Source: Candidatus Saccharimonadota bacterium
GTDB taxonomy: Bacteria > Patescibacteriota > Saccharimonadia > Saccharimonadales > Saccharimonadaceae
Length of the DNA stretch: 64,000 bases
Assembly (NCBI GenBank): GCA_017406745.1
Contig: JAFQXY010000012.1
Location: 4,349-68,348 of the forward strand
Reading direction: 5' to 3'
Positions within the stretch are counted from its first letter, which is position 1. Every line of letters starts with the position of its first letter. Of the stretch, positions 39,260-48,750 are shown one piece after another. The translations under genes were made by a program, and so were the position numbers. The notes under the pieces were generated by a model that was not told the origin of the DNA, searched no databases, and worked only from the letters and a program-made list of their open reading frames with translations.

Positions 39260-40624
39260 ATGAGCAAAAAATATGATTATGATTATATAGTTATCGGTAG
39301 CGGGCCAGCCGGTTCTACCATAGCTACCTCACTCGCCCAAGGCAAAAAACGCGTCTGCTTAATAGAGGGTGGTCAATTTGGTGGAGCCAATCTCAATTCT
39401 CGCGACATCCCTTACGGTATTAATCTTGATTTTGCCCACAACTATGCCCAGCTTAAAACATACCCAGCCATGAGTGGCCAAGAGTTTCATTACAATTTCC
39501 CCACCATTGTATCGCACACAGAACACACCATCTCCACCATGCGCGCTACAGCCTTACAAAAAATCCTAGATTCTGGAGTTACTTATCTAGAAGGCTATGC
39601 ACATTTTCTAGACCCCAACACTGTTTCTGTCAACAATGCTCAATACACAGCTAGTAATTTTATCTTAGCTACCGGATCTCGGCTCAAATGCAAAGAAATT
39701 TCCGGTTTAGACTCCGTCAACTACCTCACGCCAGATACCGCCCTCAAAATCCGTCGCCTACCAAAATATGTTTTTGTAGTTGGTGGTGGCCCCACTGGTT
39801 GCGAAATTGCTTCGTATTTTGCCGAGCTTGGCACCAAAGTTATTCTTATGGAACGTTCTGCTCGCATTTTACCCAGCGAAGACAAAGAAGTTTCTCAAAC
39901 CCTCACCGAATATTTTACCAACGAGCTTGGTGTCAGAGTCATTCCCAGCGCCAAAGTTGTAGCCATAGAACAGGACAATCTTAGCAAACGCGTCATTTTT
40001 AATTCTGCTGGTCAAGAAAAATTCGTCCGCGTAGATTGCATTGTACTTGCCACTGGTTCCGCCCCATCCACTGATTATGGGTTAGAAAACGCCGGTGTAA
40101 AATACAAAAACTCCGGCATTATAGTAGATAAATCTTTCCAAACCTCCGCCCGCCACATATACGCCATTGGTGATTGCACTGGCAACAAAGATTCTTCCAC
40201 CGAACGTGCCGAATACGAAGCATCTATTCTTTCCGCCAATCTACTTCACAAATCAAAACTCAACCCCAATTATACTGGCTTTATTCGCCAAGTCAATACA
40301 TATCCAAATATTGCTACGGTCGGCATGAATGAATATAATCTACTTTCGTCAGATCGTCGCCACAAAAAATCTATTATTTATCTCAAAGATCTTCCGTCCG
40401 CCCAGGCCCATCACCAAAAATATGGCTTTGTCAAGCTACTATCCGATTCTAACGGCAAACTACTCGGTGGTACCATCGTAGCGCCAGATGCCACCAATAT
40501 GGCATTAGAACTTTCTCTCGCTATCCGTCATCGCCAAAGCGTTCTCACTATCGCTTCTACTCCATATCCTACCAATAGCCTGAGTTACGCCATCAAACTC
40601 TCCGCCCAAAAACTAGCTCGCTAA
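39260..40624 (+). CDS. pyridine nucleotide-disulfide oxidoreductase family flavoprotein lacking the redox Cys pair
   Basis: GSGPAG, ATGS, GGG..G.E, IYAIGD; GGANLNSRDIP in place of GGxCLNxGCIP. Confidence 0.88.
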   Translation: MSKKYDYDYIVIGSGPAGSTIATSLAQGKKRVCLIEGGQFGGANLNSRDIPYGINLDFAHNYAQLKTYPAMSGQEFHYNFPTIVSHTEHTISTMRATALQKILDSGVTYLEGYAHFLDPNTVSVNNAQYTASNFILATGSRLKCKEISGLDSVNYLTPDTALKIRRLPKYVFVVGGGPTGCEIASYFAELGTKVILMERSARILPSEDKEVSQTLTEYFTNELGVRVIPSAKVVAIEQDNLSKRVIFNSAGQEKFVRVDCIVLATGSAPSTDYGLENAGVKYKNSGIIVDKSFQTSARHIYAIGDCTGNKDSSTERAEYEASILSANLLHKSKLNPNYTGFIRQVNTYPNIATVGMNEYNLLSSDRRHKKSIIYLKDLPSAQAHHQKYGFVKLLSDSNGKLLGGTIVAPDATNMALELSLAIRHRQSVLTIASTPYPTNSLSYAIKLSAQKLAR

Positions 40625-40681
40625 ACCTTCAACCCTTTTACCTTGATTATCCTTTTTGAAGGACTATCTACAAACTCAAAC

Positions 40682-40719
40682 AAAAATCAGCCTATGTTAG
40701 GGGGGTAACATAGGCTGAT
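40682..40719. terminator. terminator hairpin
   Basis: ATCAGCCTATGTTA/TAACATAGGCTGAT, T run on the minus strand after tRNA-fMet. Confidence 0.7.
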
Positions 40720-40757
40720 CTCTACCTTGAATCTAGATTCAAGACTTATTTTTATCT

Positions 40758-40834
40758 TGGTGGCGGGGGCTGGATTTGAACCAGCGACCTTTTGGTTATG
40801 AGCCAAACGAGCTACCAGGCTGCTCTACCCCGCG
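40758..40834 (-). tRNA. initiator tRNA-fMet(CAT)
   Basis: CGCGGGG 5' end, C1xC72 mismatch, A11-U24-type D arm as in fMet, CTCATAA loop. Confidence 0.93.
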
Positions 40835-40941
40835 ATAAGCATACTACTATTATACATCACTTTATATCTTTTGTAAACCCTTTTTTCTAACCTTATCGTA
40901 TAACTTATCTAAGCTCAAAAACTCTTTAATATAATACTTCA

Positions 40942-42258
40942 TTAGCAATTCGACCCATTACCATCGTAAAAATTACACTCTTTTGTTACTGTTAAATTCT
41001 TGTTCAGCAAAGAATCACCTTCATCACCCAATAATTGCAACGCATAATACGGATACGGAAACGAGGTGTCTGAAGTCTCCAACCTCACTTCTACCCTACG
41101 ATACAAATCATTTGCTCGCCCAGTAGAATCCACCACCACCTGCGCTCCATCCACCTCAGCCAAATTCTTATTCTCAAAACCATTGTCAGTGTAGAATTCT
41201 AAAGAAAAATCAGTCTCTGGTTCACCGTATGGCAAAGCCACAACAAACATAAACGTATCATTATTACGCTCTCCGCCAATCGGGCTAGGCAACGTCATTT
41301 GCACCGCACAAGCAAAATCATTGCTTCTATCTCCGCAGTATGTTCCATATGGCACATTGCTAATGTAATGATCATTAGATTTTACAATCTGCTTCGCCGT
41401 CAAAGCGTTTACACCGTTTACACCTCCGCTATAGATGCCCTCATAATTTTTATCCTTGCTAGAACTAGCCATATTACTTTCATCTTCATCTATCGGTACA
41501 AAAAACATAGTTGCTCTATCAGTCGTCTCGCCCTGAGAAACTCCCATCACTTGATTTAAATTAAAATTCTTTGCTGTCTGTATCAACTGAAACTCCAAGG
41601 TCGGCGGAGCAGCCACAGGCATAGAAGTTGTTGGCTGAAAAGTAACTCGTCCACCGGAAAAATTAGTAAACTCATACTTAGTATCTTCACGATTCATGTA
41701 CCAACTTAGTTTCATGCCAGTAATTTTGTCTGCAGTAGTATTTTTAAATTCCACTTTCACAACTTTAACCTGATTAGAAGCATTTAGTGTCGCCCTATAA
41801 TCGCTCAATGTAGTCTGTATTTGCACACAAGTATACGCCTGGTTTGTATCGTTTTCATCACCACTATTGTCAGTGTCATTTACCGCAACCTCACTGGACT
41901 CATATTTAGCCAACCGCCCAGTCATATGTCCTACCATATCACAATTTGGGTTCTGCATCCAGTAGATAATATCATCACAATTCACGTCAGGGCCAGAAGA
42001 TAAGTCACTGGGGCGATAATCTACCCCTTTTGAAGCAATACATCTTCTATAGTTAGAGTAAGCCAACTTTGCGTCTTCCACTCCAGCCAACGCAGCGTCA
42101 TATGCTGACTGTGACAAATCATCATTAGAAGTTCGCTGTATCTCAGCTACCACCACCATGGCAAAGCTTGCCGCAATTACCACCAAAATCAACGTTGAAA
42201 ATGCCACAATATAAAACGACGCTACACCTTTTTTAAATTTCTGTTTTATTTTTTGCAT
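40942..42258 (-). CDS. PilX-like minor pilin
   Basis: KKG|VASFYIV hydrophobic helix; AY.AA.AG.E; S.G.....RR..V. Confidence 0.78.
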   Translation of the reverse strand: MQKIKQKFKKGVASFYIVAFSTLILVVIAASFAMVVVAEIQRTSNDDLSQSAYDAALAGVEDAKLAYSNYRRCIASKGVDYRPSDLSSGPDVNCDDIIYWMQNPNCDMVGHMTGRLAKYESSEVAVNDTDNSGDENDTNQAYTCVQIQTTLSDYRATLNASNQVKVVKVEFKNTTADKITGMKLSWYMNREDTKYEFTNFSGGRVTFQPTTSMPVAAPPTLEFQLIQTAKNFNLNQVMGVSQGETTDRATMFFVPIDEDESNMASSSKDKNYEGIYSGGVNGVNALTAKQIVKSNDHYISNVPYGTYCGDRSNDFACAVQMTLPSPIGGERNNDTFMFVVALPYGEPETDFSLEFYTDNGFENKNLAEVDGAQVVVDSTGRANDLYRRVEVRLETSDTSFPYPYYALQLLGDEGDSLLNKNLTVTKECNFYDGNGSNC

Positions 42259-42260
42259 AA

Positions 42261-43328
42261 TTATTCTCCATTTCCGTTTGCTTGTACAGCAAAACTAAAT
42301 TTATTTATTGCGCAATAATCAAAATACCCTATCTTTTGATCGCTTGGCGGATTACAAGATTGCCCTTTAGCCTTTACGTCTATACCCCCACTAATAGTAC
42401 CCAATATAAAAGATACCGCATAAAACGAATTTTGCCTAGTGCTACTCTCTGCTGGTTGCGACACCTCCAAATCATACATTGCCAAATCACTATATACATC
42501 CGTCAATAATAATTCTACCGGATCTTCAGTCAATGTCACATATCCATTTGCTACAGTTATATCAAACTCATTACCCAAATTGGTTTTATTATAACTATCA
42601 TAAGTATTATTAATATAATCATTTCCACCGCTCTTATTTTTGTTTCGTACTACCGATGCACATACCGCCCTTTTATCATCACGTATTTTCAAAAGCCTAA
42701 CAAAATTTCCTTCGTCATTTCCTTCGTCAAACTCCTCCTTCGTTAATCCATTATTGTAGCGTACTCCATCATCTCCACTATATTCGGGGGCAACACTATA
42801 TTTTAAATACGCAGGATTTGCATTTTGCACTTCACCGCTCGCTTCGTACTGAACGTACTGATTATCCGCATCCCTATTCTTATTGCCCTCAAAATACCCA
42901 CTATTCCAAATATAAGAATACGACCCCGTACAAAACGCCCCATAAACCGGTATATCCACTCCATTAGCGTCTTCTTCAAAGCCTAACATCTTGTCATCTT
43001 CTAATCTCACTTTTGCCACCCTGGTTAACGAAACAAAATTATAACCACCATCATTTTCACAATTAGTTCTATTCGAAGTACCATCCGAGTAAAACACAAT
43101 ACACTCATTTAATACAGATTTAGACGACGAATTTTGCACCGCCGAACGTAAATCATCCACCAAATCCATCCCCACAGTATTGATATGGTTTAAAGTCATA
43201 CCACGCCGATATGAAGCAGTAGTATCATTTATAATAAGAACTACACTCACCGATAAAATACCGATAAACACCAAAGAAAGCGCCAATTCAATCAAAGTAA
43301 ATCCTTTTCGCGCAGTTCTCTTTAACAT
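42261..43328 (-). CDS. prepilin-type (PilW-like) minor pilin
   Basis: KG|FTLIEL. Confidence 0.85.
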   Translation of the reverse strand: MLKRTARKGFTLIELALSLVFIGILSVSVVLIINDTTASYRRGMTLNHINTVGMDLVDDLRSAVQNSSSKSVLNECIVFYSDGTSNRTNCENDGGYNFVSLTRVAKVRLEDDKMLGFEEDANGVDIPVYGAFCTGSYSYIWNSGYFEGNKNRDADNQYVQYEASGEVQNANPAYLKYSVAPEYSGDDGVRYNNGLTKEEFDEGNDEGNFVRLLKIRDDKRAVCASVVRNKNKSGGNDYINNTYDSYNKTNLGNEFDITVANGYVTLTEDPVELLLTDVYSDLAMYDLEVSQPAESSTRQNSFYAVSFILGTISGGIDVKAKGQSCNPPSDQKIGYFDYCAINKFSFAVQANGNGE

Positions 43329-43399
43329 ACTCATATTATATCATAACCACTATCGTTTTTTCAATTCTAATTCAGCCCTAACCCATTTCTAGCCAAAAT

Positions 43400-44368
43400 C
43401 TAATCCCATTTCCGACACGCATTTGCACTGTCATCTAAGTTTATAATTTCCACCGCCGAAGCATTTCGTGCATCTTTCTCTATTCTTATATCCCTTCTTG
43501 TGCTACTAGGGTTACCCCAACCGTAATGATTAATGCAAAAGTCTACCTGTGTTGCCTTAAAATCTCCTAACTTATCAGTTAGCAACATTGACACTATTGA
43601 TATTTCTTTTTTCTCCTCATATTCCTCAATTGCTTTGTTGACTTCAATTACCGTCCCCTCAGCAACCAACGTATTTACTGTACCAGATCTCGGATGTCGT
43701 ACCACCAAAATCGAACCAGTCCACCTATCATTTTCGCCATTAATACTTCCACTTCTATAACTACCGTCACCACCGTTGGTTTTTTCAATCTCCGCCTGCC
43801 ACCTAGGCGCATAACTCTCCACAATCCCAGCTGGCTCCATTACGTAATCATCAGTAGTACTGTTAACTTTCTCAAATTCATCACCCACATTATTTTTTTT
43901 TCTATAAATGCCATCTTTTTTTAATAATAATATTTCGTCTCCACCACTGGAATCTCCGCCCCTTTTTACTGGCACTACCACATTTGCGTTTAATTCATTT
44001 AGCAAACTAACTACACTGCCAGTTCCTTTTAATGTGGTACTATTAGCCACTTCCCCCACCACATCATACACAAAAACCCTTTGTTCGTTATCAAGGATCT
44101 CATTACCATCTAGCCCAGCATCCTCCCCAAACACCACCAATTTACCATAAATCGCTGTAGTTTCACTTCTGCCAGCACTAATACTCTGCGGATTAGACAC
44201 TTCAGAATATATTCCACGCAAAAACTCCGCAAAATTCTGCACTGAATCATTGTAGCGTTGTTCCGTAATTGTGTTTTGTGTCCCCACCGCAATCCCCACA
44301 AACAACACTCCAGTCAGCGCCAAAAACAACGCCACCTCTATCAAAGTAAAACCAAACTGCTTTCTCAT
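43400..44368 (-). CDS. prepilin-type minor pilin
   Basis: FG|FTLIEV; C-terminal Cys pair. Confidence 0.85.
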   Translation of the reverse strand: MRKQFGFTLIEVALFLALTGVLFVGIAVGTQNTITEQRYNDSVQNFAEFLRGIYSEVSNPQSISAGRSETTAIYGKLVVFGEDAGLDGNEILDNEQRVFVYDVVGEVANSTTLKGTGSVVSLLNELNANVVVPVKRGGDSSGGDEILLLKKDGIYRKKNNVGDEFEKVNSTTDDYVMEPAGIVESYAPRWQAEIEKTNGGDGSYRSGSINGENDRWTGSILVVRHPRSGTVNTLVAEGTVIEVNKAIEEYEEKKEISIVSMLLTDKLGDFKATQVDFCINHYGWGNPSSTRRDIRIEKDARNASAVEIINLDDSANACRKWD

Positions 44369-44491
44369 ATTTTTATTATATCATACCATTAGCGTCATTT
44401 ACAAAACACTGCTATTAAACTTTATTACATAACCCAGCATATATTAAAGGCTCTTTAAAAAACTTCAACTATATAAAAACAACAAACAAAA

Positions 44492-44926
44492 CTATGGAAG
44501 CAAATACATAAACCACTTTTCAATATTGGAATATTCTTTTTCCTCTGGCGGAATATCATTTTCTACGGCTACTATTTTATGTTTATTTTTGGCTTCCTCA
44601 GTATTTTCTGGCATATATAACATATGCTCGCCCGATAATTGCTTGCCGGCCAATCTCCTTGCTGATAATTCTTGATATTCACTAGACGCATAATATTCAT
44701 TTTCCAACTCCGCCATCTCCACTTCTATTTTTGTCAACTCTAAAGTTTTTTTCTCCGTATTTAATCTTTCTGCCAATTCCCAATTTCGCGTCATTGAAGC
44801 CACAGATTGATAAGTCCACATCAAGCACATCGCTACCGCCACCACCAAAACTACATTTTCTATAGACAAAAAATCATGTTTAAGTTTATATTTCCACTGC
44901 CGAATTTTATTTTTTATTCCATTCAC
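44492..44926 (-). CDS. septum formation initiator (FtsB/DivIC-like) protein
   Basis: TM plus coiled coil; LENEYY.S.EY.EL.AR.....GE. Confidence 0.65.
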   Translation of the reverse strand: MNGIKNKIRQWKYKLKHDFLSIENVVLVVAVAMCLMWTYQSVASMTRNWELAERLNTEKKTLELTKIEVEMAELENEYYASSEYQELSARRLAGKQLSGEHMLYMPENTEEAKNKHKIVAVENDIPPEEKEYSNIEKWFMYLLP

Positions 44927-44970
44927 GCTTTTTATTATACCATTTTTATGATAAAATTAAATAAGACCGC

Positions 44971-45047
44971 GCGGGTGTAGCTCAGCTGGTCAGAGCATGC
45001 GTCTTATACACGCAGAGTCCTTGGTTCGAATCCAAGCACCCGTACCA
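44971..45047 (+). tRNA. tRNA-Ile(TAT)
   Basis: anticodon arm TGCGT-CTTATAC-ACGCA; A discriminator; CCA. Confidence 0.9.
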
Positions 45048-45144
45048 TAATATAAAAATGTAAACTTGTTTATATTTTTATATTATGTAGGGTACGTAGG
45101 ATTGACTAATCCAAGCACCCGTACCATAATATAAAAATGTAAAC
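45029..45144. repeat. 37-bp direct repeat of the tRNA-Ile 3' end
   Basis: AATCCAAGCACCCGTACCATAATATAAAAATGTAAAC at 45029 and 45108. Confidence 0.85.
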
Positions 45145-45158
45145 CACCCAAAATATTT

Positions 45159-45234
45159 CTGGGTGTGGCGCAGTTGGTAGCGCGCAGCGTTCGGGACGCT
45201 GAGGTCGCAGGTTCAAGTCCCGTCACCCAGACCA
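45159..45234 (+). tRNA. tRNA-Pro(CGG)
   Basis: anticodon arm CAGCG-TTCGGGA-CGCTG; C1-G72. Confidence 0.95.
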
Positions 45235-45259
45235 CAAGATTACGAAAATTACAGACAAA

Positions 45260-45293
45260 AAAATCACCTGTTTCATACAGAACAGGTGATTTT
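45260..45293. terminator. bidirectional terminator
   Basis: AAAATCACCTGTT/AACAGGTGATTTT. Confidence 0.75.
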
Positions 45294-45299
45294 ATTAAC

Positions 45300-45506
45300 C
45301 TAGGCTTTCTTCTTCAAAGTTAAGAAACCGTTACGTGGATTCTCACAAACCATCCGGTCTTCTGGGAGATCACATGGTGTACCCTTACCACCTTCTGCAT
45401 CTTTTGTGAAGAAGTAGATAGTCTGCGGTTTGCCACCACGTAGAGTAACTTCTGATTTATGAAGGTAGTATTTTACTCCCTTGCCATTGGTATGTTCGTA
45501 AGCCAT
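45300..45506 (-). CDS. small basic hypothetical protein
   Basis: AAGGAGG SD; N.KG..YYLH...TLRGG..QTIYFF. Confidence 0.8.
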   Translation of the reverse strand: MAYEHTNGKGVKYYLHKSEVTLRGGKPQTIYFFTKDAEGGKGTPCDLPEDRMVCENPRNGFLTLKKKA

Positions 45507-45601
45507 TTAGCTTCCTCCTTAAGTTAATATATCTTTATCTTATTACTAGAGACATCAGATGTCAAGGGGTTTTCTAAAGTTTTTTTATTTTTCTTTATTA
45601 T

Positions 45602-46297
45602 TCACAAAAATAACAGGGATAAGCGCAATACCACCCAAATTATCAGCCTAATAAAAATTACAACAATCACCACTAGCGTAAACAGTAAAACAAACCCGGT
45701 CCAAGTTGGCGCCCATACTGGCGATGCATAATTATGCCTATATAACTCTGTAGAAGGCAATTCTGCCATCATCTGACTCTGTAAATTATCCGAGGCAGGA
45801 TATTTTTCAATCTCCGTAAGCATACAATTTATATAATTGGCGTTATCCCACGACCAGCCGTTTGCAATTGCTTGCGTCCGGCAAACGCCTGATGCTTCAT
45901 TATAAATATTCCCATACGGATTTGCATCCGAACCCAAATTTGCCTCTGCCTTTTCAAGTGCCTCATTTGCCGCTCTTATATACTGATGCTCCAAATAAAA
46001 CGGCCCCGTACCAAAAGTAACTTTCTGTGCACCATTTTCTTCTACCACATTTATTACTATATCAGAAAACACATACTCTTTTAACGCCATCAAACCTTGT
46101 TCTATCTTTTCATCATCTTCGGCCACATCCGCCGTCATCACTGCATCTCTCAGCTCGGTCATGTGAATATGATTATTTCTCAACAGCGTCACATCTATAA
46201 ACCCCAACGGTATCAAAAGCACCACCAACCACCAAGTCTTAACTTTTAATTTTTTACGTTTTATTTTTTCTTTTATTGCCCACCGCGGTTTTTTCAT
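45602..46297 (-). CDS. hypothetical membrane protein
   Basis: N- and C-terminal TM; LR.N...M..LR.AV..AD, SP.W.P...G. Confidence 0.75.
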   Translation of the reverse strand: MKKPRWAIKEKIKRKKLKVKTWWLVVLLIPLGFIDVTLLRNNHIHMTELRDAVMTADVAEDDEKIEQGLMALKEYVFSDIVINVVEENGAQKVTFGTGPFYLEHQYIRAANEALEKAEANLGSDANPYGNIYNEASGVCRTQAIANGWSWDNANYINCMLTEIEKYPASDNLQSQMMAELPSTELYRHNYASPVWAPTWTGFVLLFTLVVIVVIFIRLIIWVVLRLSLLFL

Positions 46298-46312
46298 AAT
46301 TTTCCTATCAAA

Positions 46313-48112
46313 TTAATCTTCAACTGGCACAATCGCCAAGTGCGCCTCCTCTAGTTGCACTTCATCTACTTCGGACGGAGAGTTCATCATCAAATCCACA
46401 CCATTACCATTTTTTGGAAATGCCACAATGTCACGAATGTTCTCTTGATCCTCTAATACCATAAATATTCTGTCCAGTCCAGGCGCTGCACCAGCATGTG
46501 GTGGCGCACCAAATTTAAACGCAGACAACATCCCACCAAACCTAGCCTCTACATATTCATTATTATATCCCAAAATATTAAACACCTTATACATAATCTC
46601 TGGATTATAATTTCGCACCGCCCCAGACGCACACTCATAACCGTTCATTACTATATCGTATTGATCCGCCACAATCGCCAACTTCTGTTCTACTGTTTCA
46701 GCTTCTTCCAAAACTTTCATGCCACCTTTTGGCATAGAAAACGGATTATGCCCAAAATCTAATTTTTTATTTTTTTCATCCCACTCATAAAACGGAAAAT
46801 CTACAATCCAAGCCAACGCTACCTCAGAGTTTTTCTTTAGTCCAAAATGATCCGCGAAAGCAATTCTCAACTGCCCCAAAACTTTATTAACTTTTTCTCG
46901 CTCATCCGCACCAAAAAATACCGCATCGCCATCTTTGGCGCCAGTTTTTTCGCGCACTGCCTTTATTTCTGCATCACTCATAAATTTCAAAATCGGCGAT
47001 TTTTCTTCTCCATCAGCATATAATATATATGCAAGTCCTCCAGCACCCAGTTTACGTGCTTTTTCTGTGAACTCGTCTATCTCGCGCCGTGTCAACTTGG
47101 CACCGCCCTCCACACGTAGTGCTTTTACGCACGGCTGTTTAAATACTTTAAAATCAGTTTTAGTAAACGCATCTGTTAGCTCAATTAGTTCCATCCCATA
47201 ACGCAAATCTGGCTTATCCACACCATAATTTTCCATAGAAACCACAAACGGTATTCTTGGCACTTTTTCGCCTTTTGGAATATAGCTTTTTGCTACTTCA
47301 GATTTACATACCAACTTTTTACCAGCAAATTCTGTTACTAATTTTTCGTAAAGTGGCTGGATTTCTTTTCGCACCACTTCACCATCTTCCACAAAAGACA
47401 TCTCAAAATCTAATTGATAAAAATCCCCATATAGTCTATCCGCCCGCGGATCTTCATCACGAAAACATGGTGCAATCTGAAAATATTTCGGCAATCCACC
47501 CACCATTAATAATTGTTTAAATTGTTGTGGAGCCTGTGGCAATGCATAAAACTTGCCGGGATGCAACCTACTTGGCACCAAGAAATCCCTAGCCCCCTCT
47601 GGCGACGAATTAGCCAAAATTGGCGTAGTTACTTCCGTAAAACCTCTATCATACATATATTCACGTACAAATCTATAAAACTCAGACCGCCTTGCCAAAA
47701 TCTTTTGCATTTTTGGCCGCCGTAAATCCAAATATCGGTATTTTAACCTCAGTTCCTCGGATGATTCTGGACCATCATCATGTGTATTCACCGGCAAAGG
47801 CTCACTTTTGTTTAATAATTCCAAACTATCCACCACTAGCTCTATCTTGCCAGTAGGTATATTTGGATTAATTAAATCCGGCTCACGCTCGCGCATTTTG
47901 CCAGTTGCTCTTAATACGTATTCATCTCTTACCGCTTCAGCCAGCTCAAACGCTTCTTTTTGTTCTGGCGTCACAACTAATTGAATTATACCTGTATGAT
48001 CACGCAAATCAATGAATATTAATCCACCGTGGTCACGCCGTGAATTTACCCAGCCAGCCACCGTTACCGTTTTTCCCAAAAACTTCTCTAAAGTATTTAC
48101 TAAACTTCTCAT
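46313..48112 (-). CDS. aspS: aspartate--tRNA ligase
   Basis: RRDHGGLIFIDLRD, PEGARDF, ALPQAPQQFKQ, GAPPH.G.A.G.DR. Confidence 0.97.
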   Translation of the reverse strand: MRSLVNTLEKFLGKTVTVAGWVNSRRDHGGLIFIDLRDHTGIIQLVVTPEQKEAFELAEAVRDEYVLRATGKMREREPDLINPNIPTGKIELVVDSLELLNKSEPLPVNTHDDGPESSEELRLKYRYLDLRRPKMQKILARRSEFYRFVREYMYDRGFTEVTTPILANSSPEGARDFLVPSRLHPGKFYALPQAPQQFKQLLMVGGLPKYFQIAPCFRDEDPRADRLYGDFYQLDFEMSFVEDGEVVRKEIQPLYEKLVTEFAGKKLVCKSEVAKSYIPKGEKVPRIPFVVSMENYGVDKPDLRYGMELIELTDAFTKTDFKVFKQPCVKALRVEGGAKLTRREIDEFTEKARKLGAGGLAYILYADGEEKSPILKFMSDAEIKAVREKTGAKDGDAVFFGADEREKVNKVLGQLRIAFADHFGLKKNSEVALAWIVDFPFYEWDEKNKKLDFGHNPFSMPKGGMKVLEEAETVEQKLAIVADQYDIVMNGYECASGAVRNYNPEIMYKVFNILGYNNEYVEARFGGMLSAFKFGAPPHAGAAPGLDRIFMVLEDQENIRDIVAFPKNGNGVDLMMNSPSEVDEVQLEEAHLAIVPVED

Positions 48113-48119
48113 AATACTA

Positions 48120-48626
48120 TTATACCACATTTTTTCCCAATAAAAAATCCAGCAACATTTGTACCGTAAAAAAACCTGCCATCCTGTCTTCTTTATCCAA
48201 AACCAAAAAATAATAACTATTAGTTCGCTCTATTTCCTCTACGGCATAATTCAGCGAATCATCTACCCGCAAATAAAAAACTTGTTTATCCATATATTTA
48301 TTTGCTCGTTCCGTTTTTTTGATTTCTAACATATTTAAAGATTCAGTATGGATTACTCCACATACTTTTTCATCATTATCTACCACCGGAAAATTAGTGA
48401 ACCCCGATTTGTAAAGTTTATCCAACATCAAAGGCCCCAACAAATCCTTTTCATTTACAAATACCATCTTATCGCGTGACACCATCAAATCCCCAACCAC
48501 GCGGTCATCAAAACTCATCACCCCAGCAATCCGCTCCCGATCACGCTGGCTTAGCACAGTCCTAGGCGTCAGTTGTATTAATTCTATCAGTTCTTCCGCT
48601 GTTTGCGGTACATTTTTCTCCCACAT
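48120..48626 (-). CDS. CBS domain protein
   Basis: V.DLM..R..M, SGF..FPV; CorC-like CBS pair without TM domain. Confidence 0.8.
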   Translation of the reverse strand: MWEKNVPQTAEELIELIQLTPRTVLSQRDRERIAGVMSFDDRVVGDLMVSRDKMVFVNEKDLLGPLMLDKLYKSGFTNFPVVDNDEKVCGVIHTESLNMLEIKKTERANKYMDKQVFYLRVDDSLNYAVEEIERTNSYYFLVLDKEDRMAGFFTVQMLLDFLLGKNVV

Positions 48627-48651
48627 ATGATATAATTATAACATAAAATAT

Positions 48652-48727
48652 GGCTCGGTAGCTCAATGGATAGAGCAGTTCCGTCCTAAGGAAAAGGTTG
48701 TGCGTTCGACCCGCACCCGAGTCACCA
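48652..48727 (+). tRNA. tRNA-Arg(CCT)
   Basis: D loop AATGGATA, anticodon loop GTCCTAA, CCA. Confidence 0.9.
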
Positions 48728-48750
48728 AATTTTTAATATAAAGGAGAAAA

